DNA from: Euprymna scolopes
Lineage: Eukaryota
Direction: 5' to 3' (one strand)
DNA length: 64,000 nucleotides
Assembly (NCBI GenBank): GCA_053919585.1
Contig: CM132788.1
The notes under the pieces are model-generated. The model did no database searches, was not told where the DNA came from, and was given only the letters and a program-made list of their open reading frames with translations. Shown piece by piece: positions 12,360 to 26,760 of this stretch. Numbering within the stretch: the stretch's first letter is position 1; the number at the start of each line of letters is the position of its first letter. Position numbers and translations under genes: made by a program.

Positions 12360-13212
12360 ATCTCGGGCGCGTGGCTCAATGGGGGAAGACCTGGCTGATT
12401 ACCTTTAATGCATCTAAAACCAAACTCATATCCTTATATCATCAACGCTCTGATACCCATCTGGAAGCAATTGAAATGGATGGCTCTCGTCTAGAGTTAG
12501 ATGTGTTTTGACAAGCTTCTGGGTTTGACCTTTACTCCTGATCTGAAATGGAACACGTTCATCAAGTCTGTTGCCAAGGCCGCTAAAAAGATGGTGGGAT
12601 CTTTCTACCGCTCCATAAGATATCTCACTACTGATGGAATTATCTATCTATATAAAACCAAGTTCCCCCAATGATGGAATACTGATGCCATATCTGGACA
12701 GGAGCTGCTAAAAACAGCTTATCCTCCCTTGACAGAGTACAAAATAGACTCCGTGGCTTAGTCGGGGATGGCTTTTTCTCTACCCTGCAACCTCTCTCCC
12801 ACAGAAGAGACCTTGCGAACCTATCCTTGTTTTATCGTTATTTCCATGCAGATGCTCGTCTGAACTCCGATATCTGGTCCCCCCTCGCCAATCTTTCAAA
12901 AAACACCCGTCTAGCTGAATCCACTGAGAAATGTCACCCACTCTTTATTTGTGCCTAAATCAGAACGTGGATTCCATGAACAAAGCTTCTTTCTTAGAAC
13001 TGCACGCTTGTGGAACTCTGTTCCGTCTGCCTGCTTCCCACCTGACTACAACTTGGATGGGTTTAAGTCCAACGTTAACAAATTCCGAATTAACTGCTCC
13101 CTTAAGCAAACACTTCATCAAATCTCCACACTAACGTACTGTACTTGCAATAACCCTGATCCCTGAGTGGCTTCCGGGCGTTGATAAGTGGTGACCACCG
13201 TGTAAAATAAAA
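12360..13212 (+). mobile_element. 5'-truncated CR1/L2-group LINE (RT C-terminus + 3' UTR)
   Basis: WGKTWLITFNASKT, LLGLTFTPDLKWNTFIKSVAK, IYLYKT..MMEY*CHIWTGA, LQPLSHRR, SFFLRTARLWNSVP..FKSNVN. A-rich end. Confidence 0.9.
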
Positions 13213-14936
13213 CATTATTTGATGTTTATTTCCTTAAATTTTTATTTAGAGTTTTATTAAAATTATTTTAGATTGGGAAAGAATTCGTGTTAACGTTGTT
13301 TATAATATGCTCTTTCAAATTATTTGTTTGTCAAGAAGTGTTTTCTAATCGGAACACATTTGTTTAGTAATCCATTTTTCTAAGGTCAGAATATATTTTT
13401 CCTTAGATGTGACTAAAACAATTTTGCTTACAGCAGTATATATTTGGTTGCAGATTGTGTTACTTTCATTTTTTAGTAATTTCACTTTCAAAATGCGTGT
13501 TAATAATAACTGACGAATAGATGAATAAAAATAATTATTACTTTAAAAAATGAACCAATCAATACATAAGAATAAAACATTTTGAATTGTGCAATCTCAT
13601 AGATGTAAATTTCTTCAGTACTTTACATATGCTTTCAAAAAAGCCATAATTATTCCTTCTGGAGCCGTGATTTATACATTTATTTTATACTCACTAGTAG
13701 TTTGCACACAGACCATCATCAATTTATATGTTTGAGAACAACTTGTGGTGTTACCGCAAGTTTAAATGACAATAGGTCTCCTAATATTACCGGTACACTC
13801 TATCTCTTTCGCTTCCATTTGCCAATTTATTTGCTTTACCGCAACAACTGCTTACCACTGATTCCACGTAACTAGCAGACATTGAGCTTTATTCTAATTT
13901 AATTTGCAATAATCCTCTCCAAGATCCGATTTCACTCCGGATTTATCCAGTAGAGGCATTATTTGTGTTTTCTCTCCTCTGCATTTCCATTCTCCTTGAC
14001 CCTTCAAATATTTGGTGCGGTGACAGCCGTGCTGACGCTAGTTTATTGTTTTGGGGCACAGGGAGAAAGGGAAAAAGAAAGGGGAAACAAAAAAGAGGTA
14101 AGAAAAGGGAAAATTAATATGCAAAAATGAAATATGGGAAAGGAATCGGCAATAGGAAGAGGGGAAAGGAATCGGGCAAAAGGTATAGGGAGGGGAAAAG
14201 AAAAGGGAGAAACATAAAAATAGGTAACAGGAATAGGGAGTGAGAGGAAAGCATGAAAGGTTTAATAGGCACTTTTTTACTTTTTGGTGCATCAGTTTTC
14301 TCGGTTTGACATTTTTGTTTCATTTCTGTTGCAATTTATACGGATTAGTTTGTGCAGTCCAATTTTTACTTAAAATGTTTGCTGATTTCAGCATCACTAT
14401 TCGTTGTATCATCTCAGTCATCCAATAAATTCCGATTCCTCTTAGTCCCCCGCCACGTTTGGACCGTTCCTTGTGCTCCTACAATTATTGGTATTATATT
14501 GAGTTCCTTCATGTTCCATATTTAAGTTCTCTGGTAAATTATTATAACAATTATCATGATTATTACCACACTTTTATAATTATAGTTACTAATTGGAGTT
14601 CTCAAACTAGTCGTTAACCGATATTACACATTGATAATAACTAATGGTGTTCTCTTAAATCTGAGTGACTGCAGGTCCTCATATTTCCACTAATGTCTAC
14701 CCGTTCAAATAATTTTGTTAATAAATATCTGTTAGTGAAGCAGCCGCTTGTTGATGTCNNNNNNNNNNNNNNNNNNNNNNNNNNNNNNNNNNNNNNNNNN
14801 NNNNNNNNNNNNNNNNNNNNNNNNNNNNNNNNNNNNNNNNNNNNNNNNNNNNNNNNNNNNNNNNNNNNNNNNNNNNNNNNNNNNNNNNNNNNNNNNNNNN
14901 NNNNNNNNCCTAATAATCAGTAATATAGACTTATCA

Positions 14937-17900
14937 ATTAGCCATATAAACAGAAAGTATAGACCGCTCAATGAGAGCTATCCGGATGTCGTACAGAGAC
15001 TATATTTACTAATCTTCCTGTATCACTAACCCTGTTCTGGATATAAATGTTCTTCGTATTTTCACCAGTCGTCGTGTTTTCCTACTTTCACCTTTCCCGA
15101 CTCCACTACAATGGCGACAAGGATGTAAAAAAATAAAAATTCTTGAACAGAAGTCACGCGCAAAAACTTCAACTCTCCAGCTGTACGAAATAATCAATTG
15201 CAAACTCTCTAAGTTACAATACAAAATCTCAAATGTTACACGACGAAAAATTGCAACATAAAAAAGACAATTCTACATTTAAATTTATCTACTCAAAGAA
15301 ATGGTAAGTGGATTTTTTCACGCTTGCTAAAAAAGAAAGAAGAGAAAAAAAGCAATCTTGATTTAATTTGCCGTAGAACGGGTCGACACAATTGTTTATG
15401 CAAATCATATATGGACTTTATGTTGAATATTCTTTCTCTGTAACGGAAATTTCGGGAAATGAATTCTTGTTTTATGATAAAGTGGTTATTGTGACCGACT
15501 AGTTGTTTTTTCGAGAGAGGAAAAAGCAAATATTCTATTTACGGGCTGGGAAGCCATTTTTTTGTTTTGATGACTTGAAAAAAAGTTTTTCTCTTTTTTT
15601 TTTGTCAAACCCATTTTTTTGCAACGGCATTCACGCATACTGAAAGGAAATGATACGTTATATTATTTTTCTCACCTGTTAATTTTTTAAGGCACTTTGA
15701 AATAAAGACTCTTTTCGGTTGGTTAAACTTTTGCTCGCCAGCGAGGTCAGGAAAATACTGCTCGCATAACGATGTCTATTATTGAGAACTGAAACCCAAT
15801 GCAGAACCAGTTTTTAGGAAAAAAAGGAGCGTACCATTCGCTTCGCTACAGAAAATTAATGAGGAACTTGACAGACTACTCAGGACCGGCATCTTATCAA
15901 AATGGAATTTAGCCAATGGGCAGCTCCTACCATCTACGTCAAAAAAAGTCGAAGGAAATCCGCGTTCGCGCTGACCTTTCGACTGGGCTAAACGCCGTCT
16001 TGAAAGACTACCTTATTTACTGCCTAGTCCCGAGGAGATTTTCGCAAAACTGGACGGAGGTAAGATCTTCTCTAAGATCGATCTCAGTGAGGCTTATCTT
16101 CAGAATCCGTTAGAGGAAATTAGCTCAAAGCTGCTGTGCATAAACACCCACAGGAATGTATACAAATTTGAGAGACTAGCATTTGGAGTTCAGGTTGCTC
16201 TAGCGACTTTTCAAGAAATAATGGATACTATGCTAGACGGACTCGATTTCGCAACTGCATGCGTGGACGATATGATTTTCATCAGCAAATCCAAGGAACA
16301 ACATAGAGAGCACATACTAAAAGTATTTTCACGGATACAGGATTTCGGGTTCAAAGTTAAGGAAGGAAAGTGCAATTTTTTCCTAGAAGAAAATAAATAC
16401 CTAGGATACATAATTGACTAAGAAGAAAGGAGACCAGATCCTGGCAGGGCAACTGCAATAAAGAACATGCCAACTCCCGGGAACGTCGCCGAACTACAAA
16501 GCTTTCTAGGACTGACTAACTATTACAAGTCATTCATTCCCAACATGCATAATCTTCGGCCCCCATTAAACAAACTCAGTAGTTGGAAATGGGCATCTGA
16601 ATGCCAGGAGATATTCAACAAAATAAAAACTGCACTTACGTCCGACCTATCTCTTACACATGAAAATCCAGAATTATGTATCATAGTTGCCAGTGACGCA
16701 ATCTCTCATGGTATAAGGGCTTGCATACAACACAGAATGCCGCATGGAAGCAAGAAACCATGGCACATGCGTCGCGCACGTTATTACCTTCTGAAAAACA
16801 TCCTTCGCAGATCGAGATGGAAGCCCTCGCAATAATATTCGCAATTACAAAGTAGCCTCGTTATTTGCATAGAAGATTTTTTGATTTGCAAACTGACCAT
16901 AAACCGCTCATAACTATTTTCGGATCGAAGAAAGGACTACCGGTGTATACAGCAAACAGATTGCTGAGATAGGGTACGATCTTACTTAACTTAAACTCTA
17001 AGGTAGAATATCTACCCTCACAAAAAGTTGGTCATGCTGAGGGATTGTCAAGACTAATTCCAAGTCAAAGCGAACCACTAGAAGACACTGTTCTCGCTTT
17101 TTTAAACAAACGACAGAGAGATCAAGAATCTGCTGTTTAACGTGATTAAAGTACTACCAGTTACCCAACAGGAAATAAAATGCGAATCCCAAGAAAACGT
17201 ATTCATTTGCTCCACAAAACAGAAAATCATGGAAAAACATCGACAGATAGCGGACGTTTTCTCCTTATGTGACAACGTACTAGTATATAGTGAAAGGATG
17301 GTTATACATAAGACTTTACAAACATGAATAATAAGAGATTTTCACGCATGACATCCGGGAAGAATAGGATGAAAACCTTATGCGGAGTTATGTACACTGC
17401 CCAAATATGGATGTGGACATCTCAAATCTGATGGATTCTTGCAAGGGCTGTTCTCTAGCAGCTAAAACACCACCAATTACCTACAAACCATGACCAAAGA
17501 CAGACCAACCTTGGTTGAGAATACATGTTTATTTTGCAGGACCAGTGGAGGGTGTCTACTACTTTATTCTAGTAGATAGTTATTCAAAATGGCCAGAAGT
17601 ACTCAGGTTAAAGAGACCCACCACAGGGGTCACTATCTCTTTCCTCCGTGAACGTTTTGCCTGATTTGGCGTTGTCAATTGCTTAGACAGCGACACCATT
17701 CACAAGAGACTCTTAAATCAACTTAGACATGGCAAAGACACACCTCAAGTCGAGCAAGATACTAGCGATACGTTATATGACATGTTCCATTAGTCATATG
17801 AGCAGCAAGTATAGACCGCTCAATGAGAGCTATCCGGATGTCGTACAGAGACGACTCCTCACGGACTTACTAATCTTCCTGCATCACTAACCCTGTTCTG

Positions 17901-17956
17901 GATATAAATGTTCTCCGTATGCTCACCAGTCGTTGTGTTTTCCTACTTAAACCTTT
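14937..17956 (+). mobile_element. Ty3/Gypsy (Mag/K02A2.6-like) element: LTR, PBS, gag deleted, RT-RNase H-integrase pseudogene, second LTR
   Basis: LTR copies at ~14937-15110 and ~17789-17956 (agtatagaccgctcaatgagagctatccggatgtcgtacagagac..). PBS TGGCGACAAGGAT at 15112 (tRNA-Ser type, 1 mismatch). PVFRKKRSVPFA, WAAPT, ACVDDMI, LQSFLGL, IVASDA, QTDHKPL, FILVDSYSKWPE. Confidence 0.92.
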
Positions 17957-18207
17957 NNNNNNNNNNNNNNNNNNNNNNNNNNNNNNNNNNNNNNNNNNNN
18001 NNNNNNNNNNNNNNNNNNNNNNNNNNNNNNNNNNNNNNNNNNNNNNNNNNNNNNNNNNNNNNNNNNNNNNNNNNNNNNNNNNNNNNNNNNNNNNNNNNNN
18101 NNNNNNNNNNNNNNNNNNNNNNNNNNNNNNNNNNNNNNNNNNNNNNNNNNNNNNNNNNNNNNNNNNNNNNNNNNNNNNNNNNNNNNNNNNNNNNNNNNNN
18201 NNNNNNN

Positions 18208-18735
18208 GCCGTCAAAGTTCTTCGGATGTGTTTCCTGTGATTTGCCCTTGAGTCTGAGTGACAACAAATTTCCCTATATTTCCATTACTTTCAACCTATT
18301 TAATTTGTCTAAGTTATATTGCTTACTAGCATTATCCGTTTAGCTTTAATTTCTCGTTGCTAGCAAGCATTGGTTTTAGCTTGGATTTAATTGGAAATAA
18401 GCCTCCCCAAAGTCTCAGTTCTCTTTGCACTAAATCAGCCTTTGTTTAGTTTGGGTCCTCCTTGCTCGATCACTTCATCTTACCAGACACTTATGAGCGT
18501 TGGGTGGAAGACAAGGACGCAGGACGTGTTTCTGCATGCTCAGATTTCACGATTGCACGTGATGCTTTTTGTGTCGTTTCTCTGTACCAGTATGTATACG
18601 TCTAGTTTGCGCATGCTATGCTTATTAGTCTCTCCATTGAAGATGCTCCTTAATATTTCAGATGTTTTCATTATTGTGATCAGTTGTATATTCACGTTCC
18701 TGCATAATACCAAGTGCACTGCCTTTTTCACTTGA
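18208..18735 (-). mobile_element. Possible highly decayed non-LTR retrotransposon 3' fragment
   Basis: Weak only: HP..QGG..L, KRTETL and a terminal EI*GNLLSLRL resembling R4/RTE-type 3' ends. Confidence 0.3.
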
Positions 18736-18739
18736 TTGA

Positions 18740-18791
<52 letters not shown>

Positions 18792-18844
18792 GTGTGTGTA
18801 TGTTTGAGTGTGTATTTATGTATGTGTTAAATGTTTTGTCTCTT

Positions 18845-19097
18845 TATAGGAGGTATGCGACCAATGATTTCGACGATAGTTTTTATAACCACCGGCTGTG
18901 CTAACGATTCAATGAAAATCTTCCAAAGTTACTATAAAAAGTGTCCAATTTTGGATTCAATCAGTTCACTGTTAACTACATCACGGACCGCATTTAATTC
19001 ATTGCCGTCATCATTTTTACTAGCAATTATTTTTTTTCAGGACTGCACTGCTTCTCCATCGCCATCTTTGTTCAATATGATGTCTCCAAACTTAACA
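18845..19097 (+). mobile_element. Isolated LTR of the same Copia family as 56863-60119
   Basis: Collinear similarity to 59874-60119 (taaccaccggctgtgctaac..tccaaagttactataaaaa..ttttggattcaatcagttc..cttaaca). Confidence 0.85.
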
Positions 19098-19663
19098 GTA
19101 GGTATGCATTATTATTGTATTTATTAATAATATTATTATTAGTACTCACGAGAATTTAAATTCAAATTGCTTATTTTCTCCCTTCTGCAGTATGTTTATT
19201 TGGAAATATAAGTGTTATATGTTGACATTTTCCTTTAAAAATCCAATCCAATATAAACAACAATATTTGCGCAATACAAATGTCTTCTCTTCGTCATAAA
19301 ACTGAATTTATCGTGCTTTTACGAAAACATCAGAGTAGGAGACTTCAATTTCTCTCGGTGTGGAGATTCGAAGCTCACTACGAAGCCATCCTTGTCTTCA
19401 GGGGGATTTAAAAATATTAACAACTTATAAACGCAAAATTCAGGCGCAAAGATTTGACAATCAAGTTTCGTCAACGAGGGGAAATCCTGATCATTGAATA
19501 AACGCTATTTGACTGCCTCTTAGTTTATATTTCCCAGAAAGGCAGTCATTTCAGTATTCCGATAAATTTGTTGACAATTATAATAAAACAATAATTTTAT
19601 TTTAATACTTACAGATAGTCGTGCCCCATACTTCTGCAATCACCTTTTTTTCTCTTTCTCTCT

Positions 19664-19725
<62 letters not shown>

Positions 19726-22700
19726 CAATGAAAGACTGTAAATTAAAATTTACAAGAATTTTAGATATTAGCTTGCCGGAACTAGTATAAACTGAGACTT
19801 AAATGATTGTACATAAATCAGATGTGCAGACAATTAATTTTTATATGATGCAGATCTAATTCATTCATGTACCAGCAAATTTAAAGCATCGCTATATAAA
19901 TTATTTCATAGTATATATTCTCTCGTGAAAACAACGCATAGTCTGAAACACTGAGAGAGAGAAAGTGTATCGTTTCAGTAAGCCCATGTTTTAGGTTCTA
20001 TTTAGGGAGAATATTCTCGTTGACCTGTTCTTTCCTGACTTTAATATTGTTTGAATTTCTTTTATTTGCCAGATACTACTACTGACATTTTCACCTCTTG
20101 TGGATTTGGCAAAGTTTTCCCATACCTTCAAATCGAACAGTATAAAGTCATCACAAGTAACATAAAAAAAGAAGGCTACGCTTCAAAATGGACATAACTT
20201 TTCTTGACAGTTTTTTCAGTCTTTTTTTGTAAACCCTGTCATTTTGAACTCACGTCGATATTTTTTCTTTTATACGTATTTTTCCCTACACGCGATAATC
20301 TAATAACACTTATTGGCAGGAAAGTACTTGCTATGGCAGTGAAAAATGTGAAACTGATATTTGTTGCCAGAAATTCCAGAGGGAAAAATGTGGAACATAA
20401 GTTTCGTTACGTNNNNNNNNNNNNNNNNNNNNNNNNNNNNNNNNNNNNNNNNNNNNNNNNNNNNNNNNNNNNNNNNNNNNNNNNNNNNNNNNNNNNNNNN
20501 NNNNNNNNNNNNNNNNNNNNNNNNNNNNNNNNNNNNNNNNNNNNNNNNNNNNNNNNNNTGAATATGGCTTTGTGAGCATGTATATACATGAAATACATGA
20601 AAAATGTACGCATCTATCACTTTAAGTTTCAATAACTCAACGTCTATAAAACAACACTTTAATAACATAATTATAAATCTAATATTATTTATGTGGGTGT
20701 CTTTATTGTGTACGTATGTGTGTATGTGTTCGTATATGTGGCCTGAACTTGCGTGTCTATGTTCTTACCTTTCATTTTGTCATAAGGCAAATACATTTTT
20801 AATCTCAGTATAATCAAAAGCCATGCAATCATCTGCTTTATATATAGAAAAAAAACTGTGTATGGTATATGCATATGTAAAAAATGCGTTTTCCGCTCGG
20901 TACACTGATAAGTCACTGGCTTGCAGAGTTAATTTTGAGGAAATCTTTAAAATTATTGCATTACTAGGATTCTCAATGTGCATGTGTTGAATTGTTTTAG
21001 AAAGAAAGTTATGGCTTTTGGTAGCTAATGTCATTATATTAAAATCAGTTCTTCTATTATATTCGAATATACTAAACTAATAGAGGCATCTACTTTGTTA
21101 TCGCGACACGTCAGCATAGACTCCCTACATAACTATGATGCACTAAGTACATTTTCGCTATTCGTTTGTTCAACGCTGGATTTCTTCATATTTTCGTCGG
21201 CGTTCTCCTGTTCATTCATTCCCGCGTTTATTTATTGACTTCTTTCTTTTGATAAAGGTCATCGCTCATATCTGGATTGATTCTTTGGCTAGTGCTTTCA
21301 TTTAAAGATTGATCAAATAAAATCCCTTACAGATAGGAAATATTAGTAAAAGGCAGATCTCTGAGTGTTTTAAGTCTTATTCTGGCGATAGAGCTTTAAG
21401 TCCCTCCCCGACTAAAATCTATTTAAATCCTTAGGTATTTTTATTTTGCAAAATAAACTGTTGTGTGTGATATTCGCTTATCTTAGTATAGTCTCTAGTT
21501 ATAACACTTTCTTTGCAATGGGAAACTCGCAATACTAATTCATGATTAGTCGGTTTAATGTTCGCACAATCTTTGTTTATAGCTATTCATATCTAAATAA
21601 TATTATTAACAGGCTCATGCCAGCTATCTACGGCTCTTTCATAACTCCTTTCAGGTTCCACCACTGAACCTTATCATCCGTTTCAATGACATTTGTTCAT
21701 GTGAGCATTCTAATACTGAAATATGTAGTAGTAGATGTATCTAACACTAGGAGGGAAATACTTTTCTATTTTGCGCAAAACAATGACATGTAAACTGAAC
21801 AAGTATTGCTTTAATAATTAATGGCGCCAATGGAGATTCGCCATAGATTATTTGTAAAGTCGTTCAGGTTCTTTGGAACAGGCTGATATATGCGCCATTC
21901 AAATAAGTTTTCCAAATCTTTGGGAAGTATTCATGTTTAAAAGGATGTATGAGTATGAGTAATACTATTGATTTTAAACTTGTTAATTTCCTATTTTACT
22001 GAGACACAGATTCCTAATTTTTCCTTGACAATGACATCCATTTTCTCATATTTCAATACACAATAAAAATAAAATGAAAAATACTAAACACTTAAAACCC
22101 TCTACTCATTTATGTAACGTTTGATAAGCGTTTTTATACTACGGTCTGTGTTTGCGATAAGGGCATTTATCCGTGTATTCATTTTTGTCTTGTTAAGGTA
22201 CAAGCCAAGAAAACAATATGCTGGCGCCAAAGAATTTTTAAAAAGGCAAGGCCTTTGCAAATGACTGGTTAATTAATACAATGCCATTGGCGAAATCAGT
22301 GTCGATAACGTGTGTTTGTCAGGGTTTTATCATACAGAAATGAGTTGGTTGGTGATCATTTAGTAAAAAATAGCAGAAATTTACATAATGGTATATCCCT
22401 TACTTTAGTAAAAAGATGTGTTTCAGATAATATTATTATATTAGGTTGGTGCGAGAGAGTATGACAAATAAATGTAGACAAGCCGATATTACATTTATTA
22501 AGCAGATATTGTTAAAAAGCTTATCGTTCAAATTATTTTTAATATGCTGCGATGGCCAAATGGATGAGATGACTTGCGTTGTTTTGCAGCCGTTATCGCC
22601 TTACCCACATTAAACAGAGAATTATCAATATAAAGGGTACCTAACATATGTTCACTTGGGTGAGTACTGTTTTTAGGTAGCTTAGCATTTTTACTTAGAA

Positions 22701-25700
22701 GGCTGTTGAAGTTCTTAAACCAAATTCTTATGTGCTTCTAGCAGATTTACTTTTTATCCTGACATTTAAACAGAATTATAGGTGTCGAGTCATCTGCCTA
22801 TTTTCTAAGCAAAGCAATGATGTTTATTTATATGGTGTACCGAGAATGTGTCAATTCCCCTGTTGATTAATTCAACTTAAGTGTCTGAATAGCCAGTATC
22901 GAGTAATTTTTAGCAAAGATTATCTGAACCCTATTTGTCTGTTATTGTGATTTGTGGTATTTTGCGGAGATCGATTTGAAAGTTAAACAAATCCCCATCG
23001 GCTGCTTCTATATTGTAGGAGTCAATCTGGCCAAGTAGAATAGTTTAGAATTTATTGCAAACATAAAAAATACTTCTTAATAGAATAGACTGTTTTTCTC
23101 TTGAAATATGATATTGGGTAGGGTTTTGTCGTTTGGAAAATCTAAGACTAAGTTTACGTTGACTAATAATATTCTATGATCATAGTAAACAATACTTAAT
23201 TATGCTTAGGGTTTAGCGACATAAACCACAGCTACCGAGCGAGTAGGCCAGTGAACATGACAGCGTGGAGTTATTTCCTGATCAACTTGTAGGTATAAAA
23301 CGTTCCCGGTGTTCAACCACGTGGTCACGTTAACAGCCATAAAAACATGGCTGTGTTACCGAACATCCATGTGTGTTCTTCTAAAGAGAAAGAACAATTC
23401 TCCATTTGGATAATTAGTATAATTGCACATTGGGATTATTTTAATCTAATAAAATATAGTAAGTAAATTCGTTTTGGAACTTTTTTTCTATCGCAGAAAG
23501 TCGAATATTTCATTTTATTTATTTCTTTTTTATTGCAAAATAAATATTTTTATATAATATTATTTAGTCCGTTCTTATAATAGTAAATAAAACTTTTCAT
23601 TGGGTATTTCCAAATATTTTAAAGTTAGCATTTTCACGACAGTTTTTTTTTTTACGATCGATGAATTTTCAATATTTTAGCACCGAGCGTAATATATGTC
23701 TTTGAAATATATTTAAAATTTCAAGTCTTGTTTTTTATAACATTTTAACTGTAAATAATTTACATGACTGAAACTGGAAATTGAATAGGACATTTTTTTT
23801 ATTTTCCTCCAAGATATACGAACAGCACAAATGAATTAAAAATCATTAATAAATAAGGAGTAAATTCTTGTTTTATCTTATTAATAGGTGATGTTTGCCC
23901 CGTGCCGAAATATTATCTAGAAAGCTAGTTACACGGGGGGGGGCAACTATTCTGCCCTTTCACCTAACAATTTAATGAAAAAAGAGGCGGTTGTTTTACT
24001 ATGCACATAGATTCGAAAAAGTTGTCAACAAAACAAATATATATCAAAGACCATATTATTACTTTTCTATCAAACTGAGTAAGGTTTTAGTGTTTTTATT
24101 AAATGTAAAATGTTTCTTCGGTTCGAAAATCATAGTCTTTATCGATATATTAAAATACAAATGGCGGCGAATTTGCTTTTTAATACGTTTAGTTTGGGAA
24201 AATAAGTTCAAACAAATAAACTATACAAAATATTGTTAGAAACTCACTCCATATATGTTACCGTTACATAGGCTTACATATATTGAGTGTGTTTCTAATA
24301 TTATTTTGTAATGCAATATCGTAGATGTTTACTATATTTTCTCAGTTTTTAACCAATGTTCACAATATGGTATGACTGGCTTATTTCTTTAGTTATGTGA
24401 ACTTTATTTCCGAATTCCTGTATTCTACACTGATAAGAAAATGAAGACTATAGCAGAGTATAGGATTCCTAACAATGCAACTGATGATAATACGCTACAC
24501 ATTTTGATGAAAAACATGGTAAAATGGGCATAGATCAGAAAACCAAAACGTTAAAGATAATTTCTGCATTTAAAGTAAGAGATATTAAAATATTTCAACA
24601 TATGGGAAATATCAAGCTTACCAATAAGGGACACTCTGAATAGAAACAAAAATAAACTTAGTCATGAAAGATTTCTCCACCACTGACCGAGGACACAAAA
24701 TGTGAAGTGTACCATCAAAACAGATACTACACTGAGATATTGCTCCGAATGCCAAGAAATGTTTGTGTTTAATGTGTCTTTAATTGTTTGTTACCTAAAT
24801 TCATAATTCAGTTTTATCATTATTAGATTGCATATTGTTTTAACATTAAGTGAGTTTACAAAAATAATGTTTATATTTTATATTGAAATAAGTTCAGTTT
24901 CATTATTGATCGAATTGGGTTCCTTTTATTTTCTCTTTTAACATGTTTTAAATCTTTTTAAAAATGCTCTCATATAGTATCCGACAGTGATAGTTTGACA
25001 AATTTTACCTATATTGCCAGCAAGCATTTTTCAGTTAAAAGCCCTTCAATATCTCGGAGGTTGTGCATAAACACTATTTCTTCCTGTATTATTGCATATA
25101 ATAGTGTAATTGGGCAGCCTACTCAGAGGGATATTCAAAACTCAAATGTTTTCTTTTCCTTCCAAGATAATATGTTAATAAATCATTCGGCATTTAACTA
25201 TGTCGGTTCATGTTACAGTTATACGTAAAATCCAGTTCATTCAGAACAAGGTCAGCAATGTAAGAAATTTGTTCAGTAGTTAAATAGAAATAGTCAATGT
25301 AATCGAGAGGATTTCAGTTATTTGAAAAAGAGACCGATATGGGGGTCGTCGTTGATTTAATTTCTAACTAAATTAAAAATATTTGGGAGGAGATTGAACA
25401 CTGTCTACAATAGTGTTGTGGGAAACAGGTAGAAACAAGACACCGATACTATCGACTGAATACTTGATATGTTTTTTTATATGGATGAGGTGATTAGTAA
25501 GGGTTGGCTTGCTGTTATTTGAGAGTGCCATCTAAATGACGGAAGTGATGTTCTTGAGCTGCTCTGATGTCAACCCGTAGTGATGTTGTTTTGTTTGGGC
25601 GTTATTCCAGGCGACTATAAAAACTAAAGATTTTAGTCGGGATTAACTTAATTAATAACAATTTTTACAGTGATTTACGAAATATTTATTATCTGTGGCG

Positions 25701-26149
25701 ACTTGTTATTTGCATCCACGAACGCCCGGAAACCTTTATGGTGACCTCATAATATAATTGATCAGAAAATGCATTATGATACCTGACCGTGCATGTATGG
25801 GATAAGGTAGACCCACGGGCCATGTGTACTATACATATGCCCCTAAGTCAAACGGACTCTGCTGAAATTAATTGTAAACCTTTTAATATTTCTAATCAAT
25901 ATAAACTACTAGCTTTAAAAGGGAGGAACCAATTATCTCTCTGTCCTAAATGAAGGTGTACATTAAAATAACTATTGCACGTTCGGAAATATAACCATGT
26001 ATATGCACACTTAAATGAAGAACTTGTTTTATTCAATTAATGCGCGAAATAATGCAGTACCTTAAAAATGTTTTTTCTAGTTTACGAAAATACATGTTCG
26101 TAATCAATTAATAAATAGCTATTCATATATATGAGTATAGTGACTGACA

Positions 26150-26760
26150 ACTAGAAACAGCTGACCACGATTACAACATTTATGATACTTTCTTGACGTA
26201 TATAATCGTCGAGATAGCGCACCCCTTTCTGAAATGTCCACACAAATGCCTCTCTGAAACAGCATTCTTTGTGAAATGGACATAAACGACGGGATTATTT
26301 CATGTTTTCTCATCTTTGTTTTAGTGTCTAAAATATTTGGACTCATTTATCAGTTTCAGAACTATATAGACGTACATGTTTTTAATTCAGCATGGAAATC
26401 ATTCCGTTTCATGGATTCGCGTGAAATTGACCTGTACTGTAAGAGCGTCTCGGTTGATTTCTTTTTAATCGGCTATTCCAAATATAACAATAAAGGATTC
26501 TTTTCAAAACCATTGCATATATTTTGCACATATAATGAGAGGAATCATATTTTATATACATAGACGTTCCCAAATTATATATTGGAATTTCATTTTGCTT
26601 AGCGGATGCCATCTGCATTTCTTAGATTTTTTGTAGGGATATTGATTTCCATTAAATGTTCGTCGAATCTCTCCGTAATCTCTAATATTTGATCCGTACA
26701 AGCTCATAAGAAAAGGGCAGGTGTTCTGCCTCCAGCAAATTAATCTTTAGATTACACTTG
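26150..26760 (-). mobile_element. Decayed RTE-type LINE reverse transcriptase fragment
   Basis: KNLRNADGI, PIKKK..QYRSISRES and VYVHFTKNAVS resemble APG.DGI, PI.KKG..NYRPISL and FVDF.KAFDSV, in the right order. Confidence 0.5.

Noticed and set aside
13700-14035. Possible LTR followed by a tRNA-His-like PBS (TGGTGCGGTGAC)
   Set aside because: No second LTR, TSD or coding sequence supports it.
17908-18267. ORFs containing X runs (also near 2360, 14693, 20204, 39871, 55033)
   Set aside because: Artefacts of translation through N gaps.
18831-19127. Similar ORFs at 18831, 56769 and 59890 suggesting a small gene family
   Set aside because: All three are translations of the same Copia LTR.
22439-22460. 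TATTAGGTTGGTGC mariner-like terminal repeat
   Set aside because: Short match with no partner TIR or transposase nearby.
21600-25800. Faint CR1-like RT traces at ~21600-21800(-) and ~25030-25400(+) (EKETDMGVVVD)
   Set aside because: Too decayed to give boundaries or a confident call.
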